This document shows, in pieces, positions 18,476 through 26,421 of a stretch of DNA of 64,000 nucleotides. The DNA comes from an uncultured Candidatus Saccharibacteria bacterium (GTDB taxonomy: Bacteria > Patescibacteriota > Saccharimonadia > Saccharimonadales > UBA7683), in contig CAZWBG010000001.1 of NCBI GenBank assembly GCA_964632215.1, positions 623,863 to 687,862 of the forward strand, given 5' to 3'. Every line of letters starts with the position of its first letter. Within the stretch, counting starts at the first letter, position 1. The position numbers and the translations under genes were made by a program. The notes beneath the pieces were generated by a model. That model was not told the origin of the DNA and searched no databases. It saw only the letters and a list, made by a program, of their open reading frames with translations.

Positions 18476-19480
18476 GTGGCGAAAAAAGCACTCATAATTG
18501 GCGTTTCTTCTCAGGACGGATCTTATCTTGCAGATCTATTGCTTGAGAAAGGATATGATGTTACTGGTACAATAAGACGAAGTACCAACTATTCTAGCCC
18601 GAACATCGAACATCTTTACGGAAAGATTAAAATTGAAGCTGTTGACTTAATCGACAGTGTAAGTATCGAGCGAGTAATCAAGGAGATGCAGCCTGATGAA
18701 GTTTATAATCTTGCAGCACAATCCGTACCAGCAGATAGCTGGACTCACCCTTATTATACCGGGGAAGTAACTGCTCTTGGGCCGGTACGTGTGTTTGAAG
18801 CAGTACGGATACTAGCTCCACAAGCGAAAGTCTACCAAGCTACTAGTAGAGAGATATTTGGTAGCATCAAAGCAGAGTCTGCCGATGAATCCACTCTCAT
18901 TCACGCAAACAATCCCTATGGTATTGCTAAAGCCTACGCTCACATGATGATAGGTTGCTATCGCGAATCGTACGGGTTGTACGTATGTGGAGGAATACTC
19001 TTTAATCATGAGAGTCCTCGACGATCACTTCACTTTGTGACACGAAAGATCACTGCCGCTGTTGCGTGTATTAAAAACGGTGTAAAGGTGCCTCCTGTTA
19101 ATGAAGCGGGTGAGCCTATAGTGGATAAGGATGGCAAACTACATATTGGTAACGTCAAGACTCGTCGTGACTGGGGTTATGCAAAGGAATATGTCGAAGC
19201 CATGTGGCTCATGCTTCAGGCAGATAAACCCAAGGATTATGTAATTGGTAGTAATACGACTCACACTGTCGAGGACGTGCTAAGAGTGGCCTTCGAACAC
19301 GTGGGCCTTAATTGGAAAGACCATACCCTAGTTGACAAGCGGTTCTTTCGACCCACTGAAATTACCGAGCTAAAGGGTGACTATTCTGCTGCAAAAAAGG
19401 AATTAGGCTGGGCGCCTGAAACTAGTTTCGAAGATCTGATAAAAATTATGGTAGATGCTGATTTAAAGCAATTCAGGTAA
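18476..19480 (+). CDS. gmd: GDP-mannose 4,6-dehydratase
   Basis: 334 aa, GTG start with an upstream GGAGAG. KKALIIGVSSQDGSYLADLLLEKGYDV, YGIAK and LFNHESPRR are classic Gmd motifs. Confidence 0.9.
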   Translation: MAKKALIIGVSSQDGSYLADLLLEKGYDVTGTIRRSTNYSSPNIEHLYGKIKIEAVDLIDSVSIERVIKEMQPDEVYNLAAQSVPADSWTHPYYTGEVTALGPVRVFEAVRILAPQAKVYQATSREIFGSIKAESADESTLIHANNPYGIAKAYAHMMIGCYRESYGLYVCGGILFNHESPRRSLHFVTRKITAAVACIKNGVKVPPVNEAGEPIVDKDGKLHIGNVKTRRDWGYAKEYVEAMWLMLQADKPKDYVIGSNTTHTVEDVLRVAFEHVGLNWKDHTLVDKRFFRPTEITELKGDYSAAKKELGWAPETSFEDLIKIMVDADLKQFR

Positions 19481-19489
19481 ACTGTCGTT

Positions 19490-20443
19490 ATGAAGACTAT
19501 TTTGGTAACTGGTTCCACGGGTTTCGTAGGAACGCATTTCATAGAACATGTAAAAGACAATTATATCGTGTTGGGTATCGATTATCGTAATGAAGGTGTG
19601 AAGATTAGTCACCCAAATGTTTCATATCTCAGAGGCGATATTAAGGACAGAGCTTTCCTGGATCAGATCATCAGCAAAAATAAGCCCGAACTCATTCTCC
19701 ATTTAGCCGCAAAAACAACTCAATGGTTTGACGATGCCAAGTCTACGGTTGAAGTTAATACGCTTGGTACATTAAATATACTCGATAGTGTTCTAGCTTT
19801 GAAAAAAAACTCTAGTTACAATCCTCGCGTTCTTTATGTCAGTACGTCAGAGGTTTACGGCAAAACCATTAATCCAACTTTGATAAACGAACAAGCACCT
19901 ATGTTTCCTATTAATAATTATGCAGCGAGTAAGGCTAGTGCTGATATCATTAGCTACAGTTATTCTATGATGAATAAATTGAATATTATTATTGCTCGGC
20001 CATTTACACATACTGGTGCTCTACAGAAGAAAGGTTTTTTTGTTCCCGATATTGCTTCGCAAATTGCTGGCATAGAGGCTGGTATAATCGAAAACGGAGA
20101 AATCCATATAGGAAACCTAGATGCTGTAAGAGATTATCTAGATGTAAAGGATGTCGTAAGAGCATACATTACTCTTCTTGAGCTTAGTTGTGAGCCGGGA
20201 ACTATTTTTAATGTTTGTTCCTCGAAGCCTGTGAGGGTTAGGGACATATTTGAATCTTTACTCAGGCTCTCCTCTAGTGAGATCAAGATTGTACCAGATC
20301 CAAGAAGGATACGCCCAAGTGATATTCCTGTTTATATTGGTGATAACTCAAAAATTATATCCTCTACCTCCTGGGCACCGCAGGTTAATATAGAGGATAC
20401 TCTGGAGTCTACGCTCACTTATTGGCGAAATCTTCTAAGTTGA
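19490..20443 (+). CDS. rmd: GDP-4-keto-6-deoxy-D-mannose reductase (Rmd-like SDR)
   Basis: 317 aa with ILVTGSTGFVG, YAASK, ARPFTHTG and IGNLDAVRDYLDVKDVVRAY. The pattern resembles Pseudomonas Rmd as I remember it. Directly follows gmd. Confidence 0.65.
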   Translation: MKTILVTGSTGFVGTHFIEHVKDNYIVLGIDYRNEGVKISHPNVSYLRGDIKDRAFLDQIISKNKPELILHLAAKTTQWFDDAKSTVEVNTLGTLNILDSVLALKKNSSYNPRVLYVSTSEVYGKTINPTLINEQAPMFPINNYAASKASADIISYSYSMMNKLNIIIARPFTHTGALQKKGFFVPDIASQIAGIEAGIIENGEIHIGNLDAVRDYLDVKDVVRAYITLLELSCEPGTIFNVCSSKPVRVRDIFESLLRLSSSEIKIVPDPRRIRPSDIPVYIGDNSKIISSTSWAPQVNIEDTLESTLTYWRNLLS

Positions 20444-20499
20444 GGGTGGTATCTAAAAATTCTGAGTAACGATGTACTATGCTGGTATACTTGGTGGTA

Positions 20500-21603
20500 A
20501 TGTCTGATAAAAAGCATATTGTAATTGATGCTCGAGAATATTCTACGAGTACTGGGCGCTATATTTCAAAACTGATTGAATATCTTGAGAAAATTGATAC
20601 AACGCATGAGTATACAGTTCTTCTTTTACCTCATGACTACGGCAAATATCAACCAAGCAATAAGAATTTCCGTAAGAAGAGGGCCCCATTTAAGGAGTTT
20701 ACCTTTTCAGAACAGATTGGATACGTACGCTTCTTGAATAAACTAGGCGCTGATCTAGTGCACTTTGGCATGACTCATCAGCCTATCTTATACAACCGAC
20801 CAGCAATTACGACAGTACACGACCTCACAACCGCTCGCTTCCGTAATCCAGCTACCCCCTGGCTTATTTTTAAGATTAAACAACTTGTTTATCATTTTGT
20901 TATTTGGGTAGTTGCCCATAAGTCAAAACATATCATTACCCCAAGCACTTTTGTAAAAGACGACCTGGTGACATTTGCCCGCATATCTGCTAATAAAATT
21001 ACTGTTACGCACGAGGCAGCAGACAAGGTTGGTGCAAAAGCCGAACCTATCAAAGAACTTCAAGGCAAGCAATTTATTATGTATGTTGGTCGACCACAGC
21101 CCCACAAGAACCTACGCCGATTGGTTGATGCATTTGCCAAGCTCAAGCACACCTACCCAGAACTATATTTAGTACTAGCTGGCAAAAAAGATGCCGTCTA
21201 CCAGCAGCATTTAGACTACATAGAGCGTAGCTCTATCAAAGATGTGTTGGTAACTGGTTTTGTGAGCGAGGGTGAGCTCAGGTGGCTCTACGAACACACT
21301 GCGGCATACGTCTTCCCCTCACTTTCTGAGGGCTTTGGCTTGCCAGCACTAGAAGCTATGGCACACGGTGCGCCAGTAGTTTCAAGTAGTGCCACCTGTC
21401 TACCAGAAATCTACCGAGACGGTGCACTATATTTTGACCCTGAAAACACTGCCGATATAGTAGAAAAAGTTGCTGAGGTACTCGATCATAAGAAAGTCTC
21501 TCAAGCACTCATAGACCAAGGCAAAGACGTTGCAAAGAGCTATTCCTGGCAACGTATGGCCGAGCAAACACTTGCGATATACAAAAAGGTGCTCGAAGAT
21601 TAA
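20500..21603 (+). CDS. GT4 (GT-B) glycosyltransferase
   Basis: Trimmed to ATG 20500. The C-terminal EGFGLPALEAMAHGAPVVSS motif is typical of GT4 retaining transferases. Confidence 0.8.
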   Translation: MSDKKHIVIDAREYSTSTGRYISKLIEYLEKIDTTHEYTVLLLPHDYGKYQPSNKNFRKKRAPFKEFTFSEQIGYVRFLNKLGADLVHFGMTHQPILYNRPAITTVHDLTTARFRNPATPWLIFKIKQLVYHFVIWVVAHKSKHIITPSTFVKDDLVTFARISANKITVTHEAADKVGAKAEPIKELQGKQFIMYVGRPQPHKNLRRLVDAFAKLKHTYPELYLVLAGKKDAVYQQHLDYIERSSIKDVLVTGFVSEGELRWLYEHTAAYVFPSLSEGFGLPALEAMAHGAPVVSSSATCLPEIYRDGALYFDPENTADIVEKVAEVLDHKKVSQALIDQGKDVAKSYSWQRMAEQTLAIYKKVLED

Positions 21604-21661
21604 CATCAGTTCACAGGACTGGTATTCTTTGATCTGTTAAGCACTGGGTATTCTCAATAGT

Positions 21662-22054
21662 TTATTCGGGTAAGCATGTTTCGTTCATCTGACTCGCAAG
21701 TTTTTTATCGAATGTATAAAGTGGTTCGGCATCATTGAGCCGAGCTTGCACTGCTAGGCAAACATCTACGAATGAAAGTGCGGGGTGTTTTTCGTATACT
21801 GGCAAAACTTGTCGAAGCATATTTCTATTGCAGTTTATATGCTCCAGATTAGAAATAGCTAGTATATTGTCAACTACCACACCCCTCGGTAGCTCATATG
21901 CTTTGGTTAGAATAAATTCAACCTCACTAAAAACTAGGTCACTCACATGACACTCTTTTATCTCAATCTTACGCATTACTTTATCTCTTTGAGTACTCCT
22001 ATCTGGTAGTACTAGTGCAAGTATGCAGTTGGTGTCGAGAGAACACTTTTTCAT
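21662..22054 (-). CDS. vapC: PIN-domain toxin (VapC-like)
   Basis: 130 aa. N-terminal LDTNCILAL acidic motif and a size typical of PIN domains. Start overlaps the antitoxin stop by 1 nt. Confidence 0.7.
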   Translation of the reverse strand: MKKCSLDTNCILALVLPDRSTQRDKVMRKIEIKECHVSDLVFSEVEFILTKAYELPRGVVVDNILAISNLEHINCNRNMLRQVLPVYEKHPALSFVDVCLAVQARLNDAEPLYTFDKKLASQMNETCLPE

Positions 22055-22320
22055 TATTTGAGGTATTTCTTTTTGTATTCTTCAAGTTTAGTTGTCTCAG
22101 CAATCTTTCTAGCTTCTGTAGTCGAGAGGTTGCGCATGTTTTCTTCTATATATTTGGCATTAGCAGAGCGTACTTCGTCTAATGTTAACGATTTTTCTAT
22201 ACTCACCTTCGTACCATCAAACACGAAGTTTATTCTAGACCCAGGCTTTAAATTAAGCTGGTCTCGTACTTCCTTAGGTATGGTAGTTGTACCTTTTGAG
22301 GTAATAACTGTGGTATTCAT
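22054..22320 (-). CDS. vapB: AbrB/SpoVT-MazE type antitoxin (VapB-like)
   Basis: 88 aa. The N-terminal TSKGTTTIPKEVRDQLNLKPGSRINF swapped-hairpin DNA-binding motif is followed by an acidic/basic tail. Confidence 0.7.
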   Translation of the reverse strand: MNTTVITSKGTTTIPKEVRDQLNLKPGSRINFVFDGTKVSIEKSLTLDEVRSANAKYIEENMRNLSTTEARKIAETTKLEEYKKKYLK

Positions 22321-22327
22321 TCTTACA

Positions 22328-22364
22328 TAATACCTTAGGTATTACTTAATGTCAACGGTATTAC
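22328..22364. promoter_or_regulatory. candidate vapBC operator (17-bp palindrome plus third half-site)
   Basis: TAATACCT-T-AGGTATTA perfect palindrome at 22328..22344, 8 nt upstream of the vapB start. GGTATTAC recurs at 22357..22364. Confidence 0.4.
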
Positions 22365-22462
22365 AAACAAAATTCAAAAACCTTTGTGGTATTCTAAGCT
22401 TGATTCAGGATGGAAAAACAGGGTTGGAGTTAGCTCTAAGATTCAGTTTACGAAAGATTATC

Positions 22463-22936
22463 TTATTTTGAATCAGAAACAATTTTGAGTACGATATGCC
22501 GCTCACGACCTTCGCCCTCAGATTCACTAGCAATATCACTGTAGTCAGAAAGGCCTCGGTGGATCGTGCGCCTATCTGCGCCATTCATAGGCTGTAAGTG
22601 AAATGATTCCTTAGTATCACGAACTTTCTTTACCCAGCCCTCTAGCTGCTCCAGAAGCCGTTCAGCGCGGTGTTGTTTATAGTCAGCGATATCGATATTC
22701 ACTCGGTTAAGTTCCAGTTCTTGGTTCTTCAGTTTCGTACTCACAAGAGCTTGCAGAGCTCGAAGTGTTTCACCATGTTGGCCAATTAGAAAACCGTTAA
22801 GGTGGGTGGAAGGAACAGAAAGTTCAATCACCTCTTCGTCTTGAGTTACTGCAACATCTGTATTAAGACCAAAAAAAGACAAAATGTCTTCTAGAAATTT
22901 CTTAGCGTCGGTGATTGCAACGTCCTGCTGACTCAT
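22463..22936 (-). CDS. jag: Jag/KhpB RNA-binding protein (KH + R3H)
   Basis: 157 aa. C-terminal R3H region LQPMNGADRRTIHRGL. Overlaps the yidC stop by 4 nt in the conserved yidC-jag arrangement. Confidence 0.8.
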   Translation of the reverse strand: MSQQDVAITDAKKFLEDILSFFGLNTDVAVTQDEEVIELSVPSTHLNGFLIGQHGETLRALQALVSTKLKNQELELNRVNIDIADYKQHRAERLLEQLEGWVKKVRDTKESFHLQPMNGADRRTIHRGLSDYSDIASESEGEGRERHIVLKIVSDSK

Positions 22937-23928
22937 CGCTTCTTCCGTTTCTTAGGCTTCGGGCGATCTGGCATACTGTTTGGCGTAATAATTCGAGTCT
23001 TAGTAATTACCTTGCCTTTTTTCTGCACTTTCTCTTCTGGTTCTGGCTTTACAGCTTTGGTAGTCTTAGCAGTTACTCGTTCGTGAAGTGGGGACTTTTT
23101 TACTGATACCACCTCAGCTTCCATCTCCTCGGTATCTTTACGGAAGATAAGCCACTGCTGGAAGATACCCACAAGACTTTGAGTAAGTAGGTAGATAACC
23201 ATTGCACCTTGAGCATAGATTGCAAATAAGAGCGTCAGGAGTGGCATAAGGTAGAGCATTGAGCCAGTCATGGCTGCGCTCATGTCCTCTTGTTCTGGCT
23301 TCTTGCCTGCTGAAGAGTTCCGCAGAATATCACGTAGACTCTTCTTCTCTTTTGGCTGAGGCATAAGTTGCTTCGACTGTAAGAATTGGAACACTGTGGC
23401 CGCCAAGGCTAAGATTAGAATTGGCCAGTAAATCTTACCGTTTGACCAAGCTTTTTTACTGAGGTCAATAAATCCAAAACTTATGTAATTAAAGTTATCG
23501 TTGTTCTCTATAACTTGTTGGATCTTTGGGATTTCACGTACAAATGAATACGTAAGTGTTCCCATTTTACTTAGATTTTCAGTTAGCTCACGTGCCGCTT
23601 GGAAGACGCCGATGAAGATTGGTAGTTGCACCAGAGTGAGGCCGAGTGTACCAAATGGACTTATACCCTTTTCTTTATAGAGTTCCATCATGAGTGCTGC
23701 TTCTTTTTGCTTATCGCCAGCAGCAGCTTTTTTCACTTTTACAAGCTCTGGTTGAAGCTCACGCATAATCTTACTCTGGTGGAGTTGTTTCTTCAGGAGA
23801 GGCCACATCGCAAAACGAGCAAGTAGCGTGAAAATGATTAAACTAACGCCGAGGTCGTGCCCAGGAAGCAAACCATACACGGCGACAAGAATATTATAAA
23901 TTGGCTGTACGATTATTGTCTGAAACAT
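22933..23928 (-). CDS. yidC: membrane protein insertase YidC
   Basis: 331 aa. Short Gram-positive-type YidC with five TM segments and a lysine-rich C-tail (PKPKKRKKR). Synteny is rnpA-yidC-jag. Confidence 0.9.
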   Translation of the reverse strand: MFQTIIVQPIYNILVAVYGLLPGHDLGVSLIIFTLLARFAMWPLLKKQLHQSKIMRELQPELVKVKKAAAGDKQKEAALMMELYKEKGISPFGTLGLTLVQLPIFIGVFQAARELTENLSKMGTLTYSFVREIPKIQQVIENNDNFNYISFGFIDLSKKAWSNGKIYWPILILALAATVFQFLQSKQLMPQPKEKKSLRDILRNSSAGKKPEQEDMSAAMTGSMLYLMPLLTLLFAIYAQGAMVIYLLTQSLVGIFQQWLIFRKDTEEMEAEVVSVKKSPLHERVTAKTTKAVKPEPEEKVQKKGKVITKTRIITPNSMPDRPKPKKRKKR

Positions 23929-23995
23929 ATTCTACAATGATACCACACCTGTGGGCAGCTCAGATCTCTTTGTAAACTTTTACCTCAAATGAAAC

Positions 23996-24346
23996 TTACT
24001 TCTTATAGAGCTCAGCTTGGGTAAGAAGATCAACCACTATCTTATTAAGCTCGAGGGATTCGATTACACTTACCCGTTCATCAAAGATAGTTAATATAAG
24101 GTCATAGCCTGGCGTTAGCATAGGCCAGTGCAACCGCATCGCCTCATATGAACGGCGACGAATACGGTTACGTACTGGGGCTTTTTTCGTAACTTTTTTC
24201 GTAACCACCACAGCAAGACGCGAATCTTTGCGCCTAGGGTTAGGTAAATAGCGTAAACTAACATACTTAGAACGCACCGTTTTACCTTTGGTATAAGCAA
24301 AACGTAAGCTATTATGACCGTGAAATCTATATTGCTTGGCGATCAT
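23996..24346 (-). CDS. rnpA: ribonuclease P protein component
   Basis: 116-aa basic protein with the RNR-motif region KKAPVRNRIRRR. Lies downstream of rpmH. Confidence 0.85.
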   Translation of the reverse strand: MIAKQYRFHGHNSLRFAYTKGKTVRSKYVSLRYLPNPRRKDSRLAVVVTKKVTKKAPVRNRIRRRSYEAMRLHWPMLTPGYDLILTIFDERVSVIESLELNKIVVDLLTQAELYKK

Positions 24347-24386
24347 GGAGGTATATCCGCCCTACTCGGGCAATTAAACGACTAGA

Positions 24387-24524
24387 CTAGTAACTTAGAC
24401 GTGCGCGGCCTTTAAGACGGCGATTCTTGAGGGTCTTTCGACCATTAGCACTGCTCATACGAATACGGAAACCGTGGTTTCGCTTAGCGTGTCTGACTTT
24501 GGGTTGGAACGTACGTTTTGGCAT
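24387..24524 (-). CDS. rpmH: 50S ribosomal protein L34
   Basis: Not in the ORF track because it is short. Hand translation of the minus strand gives [45 protein letters not shown] followed by a stop. Confidence 0.9.
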   Translation of the reverse strand: MPKRTFQPKVRHAKRNHGFRIRMSSANGRKTLKNRRLKGRARLSY

Positions 24525-24556
24525 AAAAAACAACTCCTTTAGTTGTACATGTTATA

Positions 24557-24764
24557 ACGGTTGAATAATTCATATTTCATTATACCATAAATTTACTTAT
24601 CCACACAGATTCCTATAGTTTCCACAGAAGCTCATCTTAAAATTACAAACTGTGGATAACATTCAGATAAAGCAGCTTCTTAAAAAATGATTGCATTTGA
24701 GCTTGTGGAAAACTTATTATTTTGTGTATAGTGAGTGTTAGTAAGAAGTTCGTAAGGGGGTACT
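24557..24764. other. oriC candidate, left DnaA-box cluster (rpmH-dnaA spacer)
   Basis: Perfect TTATCCACA at 24597..24605. Perfect inverse TGTGGATAA at 24651..24659. Near-boxes GTTTCCACA at 24618..24626 and TGTGGAAAA at 24704..24712. AT-rich tract at 24557..24596. Confidence 0.7.
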
Positions 24765-26090
24765 GTGAGTAACGCTGTTTGGAATGCGGTTTTAGCTGAA
24801 ATTGAACTATCGGTTTCACGAGGTAACTTCGTGACCTGGTTTAAAAATACTGAGCTCTTAGAAGAGCGCGGCGGTTACATTACTATTGCAGTACCTAATG
24901 TATTTGCCAAACAACAGTTTGAAGTGAAGTACAACGACACTATCAAAGAGCTTCTGGAGAAGAACGGTGTCAAGGTTTCAAAGATTGCCTACACCTTTAC
25001 TCCACGTGGTAAAAAAGAGAAAGAACAAACTCAAGTGCTTGCAGCTGCACCCAGTGCAACACCAACTGTTATTTCTGCACCATCGTTAAATGATAAATAC
25101 GTGTTTGAAAACTTTATTGTTGGTTCTGGTAACGAACTCGCCTACGCAGCCTGCCAGTCAATTGTGGCAAACCCTGGTACAAAATATAACCCACTCTTTA
25201 TTTATGGCGGCGTGGGACTTGGTAAAACTCACCTGATTCAGGCTGTGGGTAATGGTATTAAGCAGCACAATCCTGAAGTAAAGATTCTCTATATCTCAAC
25301 CGAAACTTTTGTGAACGAATTTCTAGACAGTATCCGTTTTAAGAAACAGGGATTTGCTGATCGTTACCGTAGTGCCGATGTACTGATTATCGACGATATT
25401 CAATTCATAGCTGGTAAAGAAAAAACTCAGGAAGAGTTCTTTCATACCTTTAATGCCCTGCATCAAGCTAATAAGCAGATAATACTTACGAGCGATAAGC
25501 CACCTAAGGCCATTCCAACTCTTGAAGAACGCCTCCGTAGCCGTTTTGAATGGGGTATGGCAATAGATATTCAGCCGCCAGATTTTGAAACCCGACAAGC
25601 AATTTTACAAACTAAAGCTCAGTCACACGGTATCGTTTTACCTGATGATGTCGTAGAGTTTTTGGCTAAAAATATTCAAACGAATATCCGCGAGCTCGAA
25701 GGCTCACTAAATCAGCTCATCGCCTACTGTGAACTACGGAAACTAGATCCCGACCTACCGACCGCGCAGGCCCTACTTAAGGGTAAGCAACAACGGCCAC
25801 GTCACCTAACCTCTAAGATGATCGTAGAGAAAACTGCCCAACACTTTGATATACCCTTCTCTGATCTTCTAAGCCCGAAGCGTGACAAATCTATTGTGGT
25901 TCCCCGCCAAGTGTCTATGTACTTACTACGAAGTGAACTACATTTAAGCTTTCCTAAAATTGCAACAGAGCTTGGTAAAAAAGATCATACGACTGCTATT
26001 CATTCTATTGATAAAATCGAGAAGCTAGCTGCAAGTGATTACGTTATGCGCCAACACTTGCAAGAAATTCGGGAGAAACTTCATGGATAA
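24765..26090 (+). CDS. dnaA: chromosomal replication initiator DnaA
   Basis: 441 aa, GTG start after GGGGG. Walker A GGVGLGKTHL, DDIQF, and the C-terminal DNA-binding DHTTAIHS motif. Confidence 0.97.
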   Translation: MSNAVWNAVLAEIELSVSRGNFVTWFKNTELLEERGGYITIAVPNVFAKQQFEVKYNDTIKELLEKNGVKVSKIAYTFTPRGKKEKEQTQVLAAAPSATPTVISAPSLNDKYVFENFIVGSGNELAYAACQSIVANPGTKYNPLFIYGGVGLGKTHLIQAVGNGIKQHNPEVKILYISTETFVNEFLDSIRFKKQGFADRYRSADVLIIDDIQFIAGKEKTQEEFFHTFNALHQANKQIILTSDKPPKAIPTLEERLRSRFEWGMAIDIQPPDFETRQAILQTKAQSHGIVLPDDVVEFLAKNIQTNIRELEGSLNQLIAYCELRKLDPDLPTAQALLKGKQQRPRHLTSKMIVEKTAQHFDIPFSDLLSPKRDKSIVVPRQVSMYLLRSELHLSFPKIATELGKKDHTTAIHSIDKIEKLAASDYVMRQHLQEIREKLHG

Positions 26091-26421
26091 GCACATCTTC
26101 ACCGTGAATACTTTTTTAATACAGGTCTCGACAGCTGTACACAAAAAGTATCTTACGCTGTGGGTAAACTGTGCAGAGCCTGTGTACTCACTGTGTACGT
26201 CTGTGTGGAAATCCCTCACTTGTACACAAAGTTCTTATAAAAGAGTTGTTTGCTTGGGTATAAGTCGGTGGATGAACACAGTTTATAGACAGTTCGTACA
26301 CAGGTATTTTTCTTACTTACCTAAGATACACCCTACTGCTTTATACACATCATCCACAGAGCCTACTATTACTACTACTTTTATATATAACAATAAGACA
26401 TACTAATAAGCAGGAGTTTTT
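26091..26421. other. second DnaA-box-like / repeat-rich cluster (dnaA-dnaN spacer), possible right half of a bipartite origin
   Basis: TTATACACA (26341..26349) and TCATCCACA (26350..26358) each differ by one base from the consensus. TGTGGAAAT lies at 26204..26212. TGTACACA/GTACACA occurs at 26136, 26221 and 26296. An AT-rich tract lies at 26380..26400. Confidence 0.5.

Noticed and set aside
26131-26360. CRISPR-like array suggested by the recurring TGTACAC/TGTGTAC motifs
   Set aside because: The repeats are only 7-8 nt long, irregularly spaced and partly palindromic. There is no 25-40-nt repeat/spacer periodicity and no cas gene.
26035-26406. 123-aa ORF filling the dnaA-dnaN spacer
   Set aside because: It starts inside the 3' end of dnaA and has no RBS. 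Its Cys/Thr/Tyr-rich sequence looks like a by-product of the TGTACAC/TGTGTAC repeats. The DNA is better explained as origin/DnaA-box sequence.
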